64,000 nt of DNA from an uncultured delta proteobacterium (GCA_963712115.1 CAVQGX010000046.1:64001-128000); one strand, 5' to 3'; shown: positions 18,828-28,765, counted from the stretch's first letter. The notes: generated by a model not told the origin, from the letters alone. Numbers and translations: made by a program.

Positions 18828-19946
18828 CTATACAAACTTTTCCTTCCAAACTCGCATCTTCTGATGGGGCCACCGTACGCAGAAGGCTGGTTTTCCTTTG
18901 ATTACCAATTGGGTGCAAGTATCGCACTCTGGGTCGCAATGAAGGATCTCATTCTCTCTTCCCTGCTCTACTTTTTCAGGCCATTTTGGATCTGTCCATA
19001 AAACCCTGGCAAGACCGATTAAATCCGCCTTGCCGCTGGCAATTATGTGCTCCGCCACCTCTCCGGTGTCTATTCTGCCAGCGGTAATAACGGGCACATC
19101 AATCTTTTTCTTGACTGCCGCAGCCAAATCAACCATGTAACCCTTATTTTTGGATCTTTCTATAATCTCCGGCAAGAAAAAGGACTCATAGGTCCCCCCC
19201 ATCACTGAAATATATTCGACCCCTGCTGAAGCCAGAGATTTGGCGAATTCCGTTGACTCTTCCAGCTTGAGACCATGGGGAAGCCATTCCTCCGCCAGAA
19301 ACCTATAGCCTACGGGAAAATCTCCTACCGCATCTTTTACTGCGGACAATACTTCCAGGGGAAACCTCTGGCGATTCTCTAAGGTCCCGCCGTACTCATC
19401 CTCTCTTTTGTTGGTCAGGGGAGAGACGAACTGGGCGAGCAAATAGCCAGTGCCTCCGTGCAGTTCTACCATGTCGAACCCAGCCTTTTTGACCCTGAGA
19501 GCTCCATTGGCAAATTTGCCCACTATCTCCCCTATGTCATTCTTGCTCAAGGCCCTGGGGAACCGGCCAAAGGTTTCCACCGCTGAAGGTGCCACTGGCT
19601 GCGCAAAACCGGCAAAACGTCCGGCGTGGTTGATTTGCAGACAAGCCAGAGCACCTTGCCCTTTTATGGTCGCTGCAAGTCGAGTCAGACCCTCTAAATT
19701 ATCATCAGTATCTGCTCTTATTGTTCTGTTGGAACCACTACCTTCAGGGTGATCAACGGTGGCATTCTCAACCACCACCAAAGCCACGCCGCTCTTTGCC
19801 ATTTCCTGATAATAATCCAATAGTAAGCTGCTAACAGTGCCACCCTCTCCAGCATAACCAAGGTAGAGGGGCGCCATGGTTATACGGTTTCTTAAGCTGA
19901 GTTTACCTATATTCAGTGGTGAAAACAGATTATTGAATGTAGTCAT
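18828..19946 (-). CDS. NADH:flavin oxidoreductase, old yellow enzyme family
   Basis: LRNRITMAP, QINHAG, GFDMVELHG..GYLLAQF.SP..NKR.DEYGG, C-terminal Cys cluster. Confidence 0.9.
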   Translation of the reverse strand: MTTFNNLFSPLNIGKLSLRNRITMAPLYLGYAGEGGTVSSLLLDYYQEMAKSGVALVVVENATVDHPEGSGSNRTIRADTDDNLEGLTRLAATIKGQGALACLQINHAGRFAGFAQPVAPSAVETFGRFPRALSKNDIGEIVGKFANGALRVKKAGFDMVELHGGTGYLLAQFVSPLTNKREDEYGGTLENRQRFPLEVLSAVKDAVGDFPVGYRFLAEEWLPHGLKLEESTEFAKSLASAGVEYISVMGGTYESFFLPEIIERSKNKGYMVDLAAAVKKKIDVPVITAGRIDTGEVAEHIIASGKADLIGLARVLWTDPKWPEKVEQGRENEILHCDPECDTCTQLVIKGKPAFCVRWPHQKMRVWKEKFV

Positions 19947-19981
19947 AGCACACCTCCTTCAGGGCAACGACAGAAAGTTAG

Positions 19982-20191
19982 AACCACAGAGTGCACGGCG
20001 CCAATTCATCAAATAGTCGATTAGTCAGATCGTCAAGTCGTTCAATGGTTAACTGGTCAAGTAGGCTATTTCTCACCATTTGACGAATAAACGAATTGAC
20101 GATTTAACTTAATTACACCTGTCTGCTATCAGCTACCAGCTGAATATTCGTTATGCTCTATGCGCTTTGCCTCGATTGTGCTCTTGGTGGT
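19982..20191. repeat. Nested inverted repeat arms (ACCACAGAG..GTGGT outer; 8-mer TAGTC/GACGA inner) plus half-arms
   Basis: aaccacagagtgcac ... ttgtgctcttggtggt enclosing aatagtcgattagtc.. / ..tgacgaataaacgaattgacgatt, gctatcagctaccagc, tatgctctatgcgc. Confidence 0.65.
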
Positions 20192-20211
20192 GCAAGCTAT
20201 CGCACAGCCAT

Positions 20212-21201
20212 TTACCAGCGAATCAGACTGCTGCCCCAGGTTAGACCACCCCCAAAACCGCAAAGAAGCACGAGATCTCCTTTTTGGATACGACCCTGTT
20301 GATTGGCCTCATCCAAGGCAATTGCCATACTTGCTGAGGAGATGTTGCCATAACGATCTATGTTTACAAAGATGCGATCCATGGGTACTCTGAGCTTCTT
20401 GGCCATGGCCTGCATGATTCTAATATTCGCCTGATGGGGAATATACAAAGCAATTTGATCCGCGGTGAGTCTATTTACTTCCAAGGCCTCCTCACAGGCC
20501 ATAGTAAAATGTTCCACCGCCACCCGAAAGGTCGTGGGAGCATCAACGAGTTGCAGGTAATGAACTCCTCGATCTACGCTTTCATGGCTTATGGGGGTAG
20601 TCCTTGAACCGCCCCCGGGCATTAGAAGATTCTCCCCCCTGGAACCATCCGTGTGAAGGATAGTAGATATAATCTCGGCACCATTCCTACTCCCGGTGTC
20701 CAATATTACAGCCCCCGCCCCGTCACCCCAAAGTATGGAGGAACTGCGATCCTGCCAGTTTACCGTTCGACTCATCACTTCCGCAGCTACTACCATGGCA
20801 TTCGCAAAGGTTCCAACTTTTAAATAGTGCTCTGCCACCGAAAGACCAAAAAGAAAGCCACAGCAGGCAGCTGTAACGTCAAAGGAGACCGCTCCACTGG
20901 CACCAATTCTCTTTTCCAACCAGTTAGCGCCGGATGGACAACAGGTATCTGGAGTGATTGTGGCCATAATCAAAAGATCAAGGTCGTTCGGTTCCATTCC
21001 TGCCCGAGCTAGAGCCTGGAAAGCCGCCTTTTGACCCAAATCCGAAGCTGCTTGATCAGGTTGAGCCAGACGCCGCTCACTGATGCCTGTTCGTTTGCGA
21101 ATCCACTCATCAGAGGTGTCAACCATTTTTTCAAGATCAAAATTAGAAAGGACCTTTTCCGGTAAGTAGGATCCTGTTCCTGCAATCCTAATTGCTTTCA
21201 T
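20212..21201 (-). CDS. fabH: 3-oxoacyl-ACP synthase III
   Basis: DTSDEWI..RTGI.ERR, AACCGF, PHQANIRI, YGNISSAS, FGGGLTWG. Confidence 0.9.
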   Translation of the reverse strand: MKAIRIAGTGSYLPEKVLSNFDLEKMVDTSDEWIRKRTGISERRLAQPDQAASDLGQKAAFQALARAGMEPNDLDLLIMATITPDTCCPSGANWLEKRIGASGAVSFDVTAACCGFLFGLSVAEHYLKVGTFANAMVVAAEVMSRTVNWQDRSSSILWGDGAGAVILDTGSRNGAEIISTILHTDGSRGENLLMPGGGSRTTPISHESVDRGVHYLQLVDAPTTFRVAVEHFTMACEEALEVNRLTADQIALYIPHQANIRIMQAMAKKLRVPMDRIFVNIDRYGNISSASMAIALDEANQQGRIQKGDLVLLCGFGGGLTWGSSLIRW

Positions 21202-21383
21202 GACAGTTTATCCCCCCCAATGGCTAAGAGAACTTTACCTCTTTTGGCAGACTGACCTAATCTCTACTAAAACATCCGGGCCATGCCTCCGGCCCACAGG
21301 GCCCAGGGCCCGGCGGGAGGACCCTGCTTTGGACTGCCCCCAGAGCTGGTCTTTCCTTTGCGCGAAAGTCTGCTGGAATAATG

Positions 21384-21475
21384 AAATCCCAAACTACAAG
21401 CACCAAATTTCCGGGTTTCAGGTTTTACCCTTTGTCTTTATTTTCCTGACACCTGACACCCGAAACCTGACACCT
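21384..21475. repeat. AAATCCC half-arm followed by inverted CAGGTTT / TGACACC arms
   Basis: cgggtttcaggttt ... cctgacacctgacacccgaaacctgacacc; same family as 1675-1744. Confidence 0.75.
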
Positions 21476-21662
21476 TACAGTGACCACCCACTACTGGCCA
21501 ATAGCCAATGTTAAAAACATGTTAATTACTCTGTTGATAATAATATTTGGTTTTTTCTCCGTTTTTAGCATTTTTTTCTTGAGAAATGAGAAAAAATATT
21601 TTACACTCCGCTCTTATTACTCCTCACTCTGGCTAAAGCAAACCTGAGTTCAGGAAAATCTG

Positions 21663-22796
21663 ATGGGATCCCCACCACTCGCAACTTCCGACCTCAACGG
21701 CCGAACCAATCTCGATGGAACTGGAGGGGTGGAAGATTGTGTCCACCGCTACCACCGCCTTTTCGAAAACGCCCCTTTAGTGGCCTACAGCTTGGACGGC
21801 CAGCTTCGTACTCTCTACATCAGCCCTTATTGTCTCAAGATATTTGGCTATAGTGATGAGGAAATCCAAAAAGATTATCTTTTCTGGGACAGACATATAC
21901 ACCCCGAGGATCAGCAGCGAGTTCACCTCCGCAGAGAACGTTACCTAAAAGAGGGCAAGAGTTTCAATATTGAATATCGAATCATCCACCAAGATCAAAC
22001 GGTGCGACACATTATTAACCACACAATTCCCATCACCCATAACAACAAGATTAACCTGATTGACGGCTTTATCTTTGACATCACAGCCAGAAAACACTTA
22101 GAAGATCAGCTCATACTCACAGAGAGGATCAAAGTCCTCAACGACATGTCTTTGGGGGTGGCCCACGAGATCAGAAATCCACTTACCTCTATCGGTGGTT
22201 TTGCCCGTTTGCTCGAGCGCAGGATGGCGCAAAGCGATCCCAATCGTTCCCACCTTGAGATTATTCTTAAGGAGGTATCCCGCCTGGAAGCGACGCTCAA
22301 TCGAGTTCTGGACGGGTTCAAGCGAATTCGCTTGCACCAGGTGCCAGCTGATATAAATGCAATCCTCGCCAGGGTCCTCAATCAGCTGAGCCACGAATTT
22401 CATCACACGGGTATCCAGCTCACTACTAAACTGAGTAATAGGATACCCGAAATAGAATTGGATCGGCATCTTATCGAGGAAGGCCTCCGTTCCATAATCA
22501 AGACCTCCATACGGGGCATGCAAAGTGGTGGTGAACTCACCATTACCACTGCCCCCAACCATCGCCATGTGGTGATCGAAATCTGTGGCTGGAATCTCAA
22601 TCCGGGACCTCTCGATAAATGTCAGCTGTTCTTTCCCTTTTACCGTGAACCAGCATTTGATGGCGGGATCGGCATTCCCCTCTCTCAGCAAATCATCGCC
22701 CAACATGGTGGCAACGTAGTTATCAAGAACGGCTCTGACCGGAAGGCAAGCCTAGTGATCACCCTGCCCATGCCTCGCCAGGCCCCAAGCAAGTAA
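21663..22796 (+). CDS. PAS-domain histidine kinase-like protein with degenerate ATPase domain
   Basis: PAS (HIHPED, FNIEYRI, DITARK), H-box AHEIRNPL; N and G1 boxes not conserved. Confidence 0.85.
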   Translation: MGSPPLATSDLNGRTNLDGTGGVEDCVHRYHRLFENAPLVAYSLDGQLRTLYISPYCLKIFGYSDEEIQKDYLFWDRHIHPEDQQRVHLRRERYLKEGKSFNIEYRIIHQDQTVRHIINHTIPITHNNKINLIDGFIFDITARKHLEDQLILTERIKVLNDMSLGVAHEIRNPLTSIGGFARLLERRMAQSDPNRSHLEIILKEVSRLEATLNRVLDGFKRIRLHQVPADINAILARVLNQLSHEFHHTGIQLTTKLSNRIPEIELDRHLIEEGLRSIIKTSIRGMQSGGELTITTAPNHRHVVIEICGWNLNPGPLDKCQLFFPFYREPAFDGGIGIPLSQQIIAQHGGNVVIKNGSDRKASLVITLPMPRQAPSK

Positions 22797-23032
22797 CCCG
22801 TCATCTTTGCTCACAACCATCCCCAGTTAGCTCTATTAAGGCTTGAATTCTCCCCCTTGTGACTTTATAAATGAAGTTAGCTACGTTTCACTCCGCTACT
22901 CCATTATTCCAGGAGCGTAGCAGAAGGCAGTGGGGACCAAAATCTGTTTAACCCAATAGCTTTTATACTTCCGTGAAAGTTAACTAATATAGGCCCAAAT
23001 CTAGCCCCAGAGTTTTGAATTTAGAGGAGCCA

Positions 23033-24457
23033 ATGCACCAGCACCAGAGTAAGATGGAAAGAGTTCGTGAGAGGGTCAGAGAAAAGCGCGAAAATTATAC
23101 CCTTTACAACTTCGAGCGTCTCCAGGAAGAGGCCTTTGCCTCCTTCTTTGATTTGGCCCAAGAATATACTACCCTAGAAAATCTCTATCTTGTTTGCACC
23201 CTCGTGCCCAAGGAATTTTTTGATCTCGATGTTCGTCTTTACTTGCTGGATGAAGACGGTATAACCCTTAGTCTTGTTTGCTCCAGCAATAATGGGCTCG
23301 AAAAGGACTCCTCAGCCGGAAATCCTGAGGTAGTGGTCCAAGAAAGCCCTTATTTCTCGGGAGAGTCATATGTGATTCCCATTCGAGGCAACAAGGCGGT
23401 GGGGGAACTTTTGCCATTCCAGTATCTCAAGGATATCCTCGGCATGTTTGAGATATATCCTGCTGAAAAAATCACCGAACAGCAGCGTTTTTTTCTAGAG
23501 AAATTCACCAATCGCATTGGCTACAATCTGCATCAAAAGCAGCTAATCCATCAAAACCTACATCACATCAAATTCATCAACCAACTGGTTGCGGACATCG
23601 ATCACAATGTCATCTCGCCTAATCTTTACTATCGGCTATTTCTGCGAAAGCTTAAACGGCAGATCAAAGAGAATGTTGTTATCCAGGAAAAAGTACGTGA
23701 GTTGGTATCTTTCTGCCCGGAGATCGATAATCGGACTTGCCAAAAACTGCGGGAAATATACCACGGCCTAGGTGACAACATCGCCACCCTGGATGAGTCA
23801 AGAAAAGAGATGGAAAGGCATTACGAGCGCACCAGCCTCTACCTGGAAACCTTACTAAGACGTGAACATTTCCGCCACGGGACCTACGTTCTCCGTAAGC
23901 AACGTTGCAACTTCAGAACGGAAATCATCGAACCCACTTTGGCCCGTTACTTGCCGCAGTTCAAGCAAAGGGAAATCAAGGTTGACAACCGCTTGGAAGA
24001 AGTTCCAGACGAACTATTGGAGCTGGTCGTTGACAAAGGCCTTCTCGCGCAAGTTTATGACAATTTTTTTTCCAATGCAGTGAAATACACTGAGGAGATC
24101 GAAGACGAGTACGGCTACAAGGTGAAGTTCTTATCCTATGGAAAGAAACTTTTAACAGACTATTTTAGCCAGGGGATAGACGGGATTAAGTTCACCGTTT
24201 TCACCACCGGCAAACCAGTTGACCCTGACGAGAGTGATCGCGTTTTTGACGAGGGCTACAGGAGTGCCGGAAGCGAATTAGAGGTAGGCACTGGTCACGG
24301 CCTACACTTTGTCAAACACGTAATCGAGATCCACGGTGGAGAGGTGGGAGTGGAGCCCCAAAAGTATGGAAACACCTTTTACTTCATTTTGCCACAAAGA
24401 CATGACAAGGTGGATGTGACCAGTGACGAAGAAGCAACCAGGAGAATAATATGGTGA
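23033..24457 (+). CDS. Cytoplasmic sensor histidine kinase with atypical H-box
   Basis: GAGGAG RBS; N-box NFFSNAVKY, F-box RVFDEGYR, G2 GTGHGL, HGG; candidate H-box DIDHNVISP. Confidence 0.8.
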   Translation: MHQHQSKMERVRERVREKRENYTLYNFERLQEEAFASFFDLAQEYTTLENLYLVCTLVPKEFFDLDVRLYLLDEDGITLSLVCSSNNGLEKDSSAGNPEVVVQESPYFSGESYVIPIRGNKAVGELLPFQYLKDILGMFEIYPAEKITEQQRFFLEKFTNRIGYNLHQKQLIHQNLHHIKFINQLVADIDHNVISPNLYYRLFLRKLKRQIKENVVIQEKVRELVSFCPEIDNRTCQKLREIYHGLGDNIATLDESRKEMERHYERTSLYLETLLRREHFRHGTYVLRKQRCNFRTEIIEPTLARYLPQFKQREIKVDNRLEEVPDELLELVVDKGLLAQVYDNFFSNAVKYTEEIEDEYGYKVKFLSYGKKLLTDYFSQGIDGIKFTVFTTGKPVDPDESDRVFDEGYRSAGSELEVGTGHGLHFVKHVIEIHGGEVGVEPQKYGNTFYFILPQRHDKVDVTSDEEATRRIIW

Positions 24458-24765
24458 GGAAGTTGCTCTGGTGGACCGCATGCGGTGCCAGTGCAATAAT
24501 GTCCATCTTTTTCCTTTTTGTGGGCATCAGTCTCTGCATAGCCTCTTACAATCTCAATCATCCCCATCAATTTATCCTCACCTTTTTTGCCTCCAACCTG
24601 ATCATACTAATCAGCGTTGTGATCATTGTTGCGGTTATCATCAGAGTTATAGGTCGTCTGCGCCATGGTGGTCCACAGCCGGCTGTGGACAGTTCCCAAC
24701 TGACTCCAGATTCTTCTGGATCCGCGGATCCTATAGATTCTACCGGAAGCAGTCCTCGGCGTTGA
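24451..24765 (+). CDS. Small two-TM membrane protein
   Basis: AGGAGA RBS, overlaps the kinase 3' end, two hydrophobic helices. Confidence 0.7.
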   Translation: MVRKLLWWTACGASAIMSIFFLFVGISLCIASYNLNHPHQFILTFFASNLIILISVVIIVAVIIRVIGRLRHGGPQPAVDSSQLTPDSSGSADPIDSTGSSPRR

Positions 24766-24794
24766 AATCCCCATTCCCAGCCCGGATTTTTCCC

Positions 24795-25712
24795 ATGCCC
24801 AACTTAACACCTGAAGAGTACTTTGCTCCATTTTCTCAAATAATTCCAAATTTTGCCGCTTTCTGTAGCAAACTATCCGCTCCCCTGCCAGTACACTTCC
24901 GGATGAACACCCTAAAAGCCCCTGTGAGAGAGACTCGCTTGCGCTTAGAACAGCAAGGCATTGCTTTAGTGAAAGAAGATCCACTCAAATTAGTATACCG
25001 AGCCGAGAATATTAGCCAACCTGGACATCTCTTGGAATTCTCTTTGGGTCACCTGCACTCTCAGGCCTTCTCATCAGTACTGGCTGCTTTTGCTCTTGGA
25101 CCCGAGCCGGGCGAAACAGTGTTAGATCTCTGTGCTGCGCCTGGAAGCAAGACTAGCCTCATTGCTCAGTTAATGCAAAATAAAGGAATAATTGTGGCCA
25201 ACGACAGAAACCCAGACCGTCTTATTCCTCTACGAGCAAATTTAAAAAGGTTGGGTGTGACCAACACGGTGATCACTCGCTATCCGGGCCAACAATTTCC
25301 CAGGAGATTTTTCTTTGACCGAGTTCTGGTGGATGTACCATGTTCAGCCGAGGGCACCTTACGTGCCGGTCCGAATGGAACCTTCAGACAGTCAACTTGG
25401 GCTAGCCAAAAACTAACTAGATTGCAACGTGACCTTCTCCTAGTGGCATTTGATCTGCTCAAGGTTGGCGGCACCTTGGTTTATTCCACCTGCACCTATT
25501 CTCCCGATGAAAATGAAAGCGCGGTCCAGTTTTTACTAAAAACCAGGCCGGCAGAGATTCAACCCATTGAAATTGACCTGCCACACAGTCCTGGTCTGGA
25601 GCAATGGAAGGATACCTCCTATGATCCCTCCATCAAATACTGCTGGCGGATCTACCCCCACCAAATCGATACAGTGGGATTCTTCATGGCCAGAGTTGTT
25701 AAAGGATCCTGA
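24795..25712 (+). CDS. RsmB/RsmF/NOP2-family RNA (cytosine-5)-methyltransferase, catalytic domain
   Basis: VLDLCAAPGSKT, FDRVLVDVPCS, LVYSTCT..P.ENE. Confidence 0.9.
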   Translation: MPNLTPEEYFAPFSQIIPNFAAFCSKLSAPLPVHFRMNTLKAPVRETRLRLEQQGIALVKEDPLKLVYRAENISQPGHLLEFSLGHLHSQAFSSVLAAFALGPEPGETVLDLCAAPGSKTSLIAQLMQNKGIIVANDRNPDRLIPLRANLKRLGVTNTVITRYPGQQFPRRFFFDRVLVDVPCSAEGTLRAGPNGTFRQSTWASQKLTRLQRDLLLVAFDLLKVGGTLVYSTCTYSPDENESAVQFLLKTRPAEIQPIEIDLPHSPGLEQWKDTSYDPSIKYCWRIYPHQIDTVGFFMARVVKGS

Positions 25713-26172
25713 GCGAGATCATCTGTTGGGATTCTTCCGCCATCGCTTCGGCATCTCCAGAGCGGTTTTTTCCAATTATTACCTTTACAGGCGAAGGCGT
25801 ACTGTATGGGTGTTTAATAAGGATGATCGCTTGAGGGATTTGGCTTCGCTGCAGGTGGAATCGGTTGGCATACCACTGCTCCGCTGGGTGGGAACTCACC
25901 TCAAACCAACTTCGGTGGCATTGCAGCTCTTTGGTGCTCATGCAGACAGGAATATAGTCAGTCTGCCATCAGACCAGTTGCGTGATCTGGTTAAAAGCAA
26001 AGAAATCAAGAGTGAATTCGCCGGCAGTCCAGGTTATGTCATTGTCGCCAGCAACTCTGTAATCATTGGTTGCGCTCTCTACTTACCCGGCCGGCTTATC
26101 TCCCAGTTCCCCCGACATATGTTTACATCTCAGACCTGGGAATATGTTCTGCAAGACAGGGGAGATGGGTGA
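25696..26172 (+). CDS. RsmF C-terminal / NOL1-NOP2-Fmu (PUA-like) domain protein
   Basis: Overlaps the MTase stop; RFGI..., G.PLLR....KPT..ALQLFG....RN.V.L pattern; start codon uncertain. Confidence 0.6.
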   Translation: MLKDPERDHLLGFFRHRFGISRAVFSNYYLYRRRRTVWVFNKDDRLRDLASLQVESVGIPLLRWVGTHLKPTSVALQLFGAHADRNIVSLPSDQLRDLVKSKEIKSEFAGSPGYVIVASNSVIIGCALYLPGRLISQFPRHMFTSQTWEYVLQDRGDG

Positions 26173-26218
26173 GGCGTGACTCGAGATGGTGGGTCCTTCT
26201 AGATAAGATGGTATGGAT

Positions 26219-26509
26219 TTAGGACTCAGTAACGCTCTTGGTGCTGCTTTCGCTCGTTTCCGACTTGCTACCCTTATCCTCTTTATCACCACTATCGGTA
26301 GAGCTTCTCTCCGCTTGACTGCCAGGTTTTTTCCCGGCGTAGTCGGTTACATACCAGCCATTGCCCTTAAGGTGAAAACTGTTCAAAGAGATAAGCTTCT
26401 TCAGATTCCCTTTACAGTGCGGACAATCAGTCAAGGGAGGATCAGAGAATTTTTGCAATGCTTCAGTTGTCTGGTGACATCTTCCGCACTCGTACTCATA
26501 AATAGGCAC
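26219..26509 (-). CDS. FmdB-family zinc ribbon protein
   Basis: MPIYEYEC..C ... CP.C.G.L.KLIS...F.LKG.GWY.TDY; GGAGG RBS. Confidence 0.9.
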   Translation of the reverse strand: MPIYEYECGRCHQTTEALQKFSDPPLTDCPHCKGNLKKLISLNSFHLKGNGWYVTDYAGKKPGSQAERSSTDSGDKEDKGSKSETSESSTKSVTES

Positions 26510-26564
26510 TTTTAATCACCTCCAACAATCATGTCGAATATGCGACCAGGTTCACAACCTGATT

Positions 26565-26594
26565 TTTATATAATCAGCTTCCGTAGTTTGTCAA
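26565..26594 (-). promoter_or_regulatory. Possible sigma70 promoter for the FmdB-family gene
   Basis: Minus strand TTGACA-N18-TATAAA. Confidence 0.45.
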
Positions 26595-27130
26595 GTGGGA
26601 GCAGCGAGAGAGTGATCTTTGAGTTGTTCCATGAACTGGTAGCCACGGTAGACTTCCAGAACGTAATCCAGGTGAGGAATTCTCAGACTGCCGAGTACCC
26701 TTTGGGTGATCTCATGAACCCTCATTTCCTCTTGCTGACGCTCCGGGGGTTCAGCATCGAAGCGTTGGAGAAATTTACAGAAACGAACAATGTGAACCAA
26801 TTCGTGAGTAACCACATAGACACCGAGAGGAAGCAGTTTCACCCTTTCATCCCGTTCTACTGCCGCCATTATGTTTTGGTCTTGCAGACAGATCTTGAAG
26901 TAATCATAATGCCGTTGCCTGGAAAGGTCGTGGTCGGGTTTGCCACTGTAGCGGGTGATCTGGGCAAAGGCATGGTCTGCTACCTCATCCGGGCTGAGCT
27001 CAGCAAGAGTGCGGATATCGTAGCGCACATGTTTCCACTGGGCGGTGGAAATCTTGAAATGATTGGCCGTCACATCCTCAGCAACTTCCACCGCCTGAGA
27101 GACCACCTGGATTTCTGCTGGGCTGAACAT
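26591..27130 (-). CDS. Hypothetical protein with HExxH motif
   Basis: 179 aa ORF in an operon-like run; YVVTHELVH..RF, downstream EE. Confidence 0.75.
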   Translation of the reverse strand: MFSPAEIQVVSQAVEVAEDVTANHFKISTAQWKHVRYDIRTLAELSPDEVADHAFAQITRYSGKPDHDLSRQRHYDYFKICLQDQNIMAAVERDERVKLLPLGVYVVTHELVHIVRFCKFLQRFDAEPPERQQEEMRVHEITQRVLGSLRIPHLDYVLEVYRGYQFMEQLKDHSLAAPT

Positions 27131-27140
27131 GACCGTTAGC

Positions 27141-27458
27141 CTACTTGCCCTCAGCTGCTATTACCTCTTCCACCCATCCCATAGCGGCAATCATTGCCGG
27201 AAATCCTACCGTAGTCAGAGCCAGCAGCAAGGCATGATAGATTTCTGCGGTGGAAGCTCCCTGCTCAAGGGCTTTACGGGCATGAGACTTCACAGCCCCC
27301 GGAGAGACCGCACCTACAGCGATTCCCAAATTAATCAAATACCGTGTCTTGGCATCCAGAGGTCCGGCTGATTGGCACTTGGCTCCCAACTGTTCATAGA
27401 GTTTGGCAATGTCGGGATACTGACTCTCAAATTTCTTGAATGGCTTAGGCAAGTACAT
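27141..27458 (-). CDS. Carboxymuconolactone decarboxylase (CMD/AhpD-like) family protein
   Basis: GPLDAKTR.LI.LG.A, SHARKALEQGAS..EI, T.GFP; AAGGAG RBS. Confidence 0.9.
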   Translation of the reverse strand: MYLPKPFKKFESQYPDIAKLYEQLGAKCQSAGPLDAKTRYLINLGIAVGAVSPGAVKSHARKALEQGASTAEIYHALLLALTTVGFPAMIAAMGWVEEVIAAEGK

Positions 27459-27478
27459 TATTATCTCCTTTCGTTGTA

Positions 27479-27552
27479 CGCATAGCGCAGAGCGCCAAGC
27501 GCATAGCGGTAATCCATTTTAGGTTTTACGCTCCGCGCTATGCCCTTTGCGT
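27479..27552. repeat. Inverted heptamer arms (GCATAGC / GCTATGC family)
   Basis: cgcatagcgcagagcgccaagcgcatagcgg ... acgctccgcgctatgccctttgcg. Confidence 0.8.
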
Positions 27553-27555
27553 CTA

Positions 27556-28329
27556 TCACTCCGGCCAAACTGGCCCCCTTTTTTCCAAGAAAGAGGCCAT
27601 ACCTTCCCGAGCTACTGGCATCACCCCGTTAACCGAAATAACCTCACTGGCGTAGGCATAGGCCAGCCTTTCAGACATCTCAATCTGTCGGTAAAAGGCC
27701 TCCTTTCCTACTCCGAGGACTGTTCGGCTAAACTGGCAAATATGCTCAGCCAGTTTTTTTACAGTTTCATCGAGCTCCTCTGTTGGCACTACCCTGTTGA
27801 CTAGTCCAAACTGTAACGCTTCTTGAGCTGAGATGAACTCCCCGGTGAACAGCATCTCTAGGGCTTTTTTCCGACCCACTACTCGACTCAAAGGCACCAT
27901 TGGCGTTGTACAAAAGAATCCTATCTTCACTCCAGGGGTGGCGAAGCGCGCATCCTCGGTGGCAACCGCCAAATCACATGCCGCCACTAGTTGACAGCCG
28001 GCAGCGGTGGCAATTCCATGCACAGCCGCAATTACCGGTTGCGGAATCTCGCGCAGCAAGAGCATCATGTTCATACAGGTTGCGAAAATTTTACGATATT
28101 CATTCAGTCCACCATCTGCGAGTTCTTTCAGGTCATGCCCGGCTGAAAACACCGGACCGCTACCTCTGAGGATCACTACCCTCACCTCTTGGCGTCTCGC
28201 CAGATCTTTGAGAGCATGGCCCATCTCCTCTAGAGTGTTTAGGGACAGAGCGTTCCTCTTTTCCGGCCGGTTCAGAAGGATATTACTTATACGACCGTCA
28301 GTTTGGACCTGGATGTCCTTGTAATTCAT
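27556..28329 (-). CDS. Enoyl-CoA hydratase/isomerase family protein
   Basis: LNRPEKRNAL, FSAGHDL, ATAAGCQLVAACDL, FATPGVKIG. Confidence 0.9.
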   Translation of the reverse strand: MNYKDIQVQTDGRISNILLNRPEKRNALSLNTLEEMGHALKDLARRQEVRVVILRGSGPVFSAGHDLKELADGGLNEYRKIFATCMNMMLLLREIPQPVIAAVHGIATAAGCQLVAACDLAVATEDARFATPGVKIGFFCTTPMVPLSRVVGRKKALEMLFTGEFISAQEALQFGLVNRVVPTEELDETVKKLAEHICQFSRTVLGVGKEAFYRQIEMSERLAYAYASEVISVNGVMPVAREGMASFLEKRGPVWPE

Positions 28330-28345
28330 TGCTACTCCTGTTCGC

Positions 28346-28477
28346 TGTGGTCAGTTGTAGTTTCACTTCGTTCACCTTTTGGAGCGTGGTGCTTGGCGCA
28401 TGGAGTTTTCGTTTTAGCCCTATGCTCCATGCCCCATGCTCTATGCTCTATGCCGTTTACACAACAGACAACTGACC
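28346..28477. repeat. Two-level nested inverted arms (GGTCAGTTGT/ACAACTGACC outside, GCATGG/CTATGC inside)
   Basis: Perfect 10 bp outer complement; inner (gctctat)n array. Confidence 0.8.
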
Positions 28478-28486
28478 TCCTAGATG

Positions 28487-28765
28487 TTATTTTCCTCTGA
28501 TTGCAGTTAGATATTTAATGATTATCTCCGCCTCTTCGTCGCTTATCCGATCACCAGCACGGGCTTTCATCCTCATCACCGTCTGTCGCCATTCCTCCCC
28601 ACTTTTGCTCATGCTCAAAGGCTTGTCGTAGGGATGGCACATAGAACAACGGTTTTCAAAAAGGGCTTTAGCATCACTATCCGCTGCTTTTATGTCCGCC
28701 GCCTGAATCAAGCTAAATGCAACCAACGGAACTAGGAACAATCCAATTTTCAATAAACTTCTCAT
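28487..28765 (-). CDS. Small periplasmic monoheme cytochrome c
   Basis: Signal peptide, single CSMCH heme motif, W...V.RM; AGGAGG RBS. Confidence 0.85.
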   Translation of the reverse strand: MRSLLKIGLFLVPLVAFSLIQAADIKAADSDAKALFENRCSMCHPYDKPLSMSKSGEEWRQTVMRMKARAGDRISDEEAEIIIKYLTAIRGK

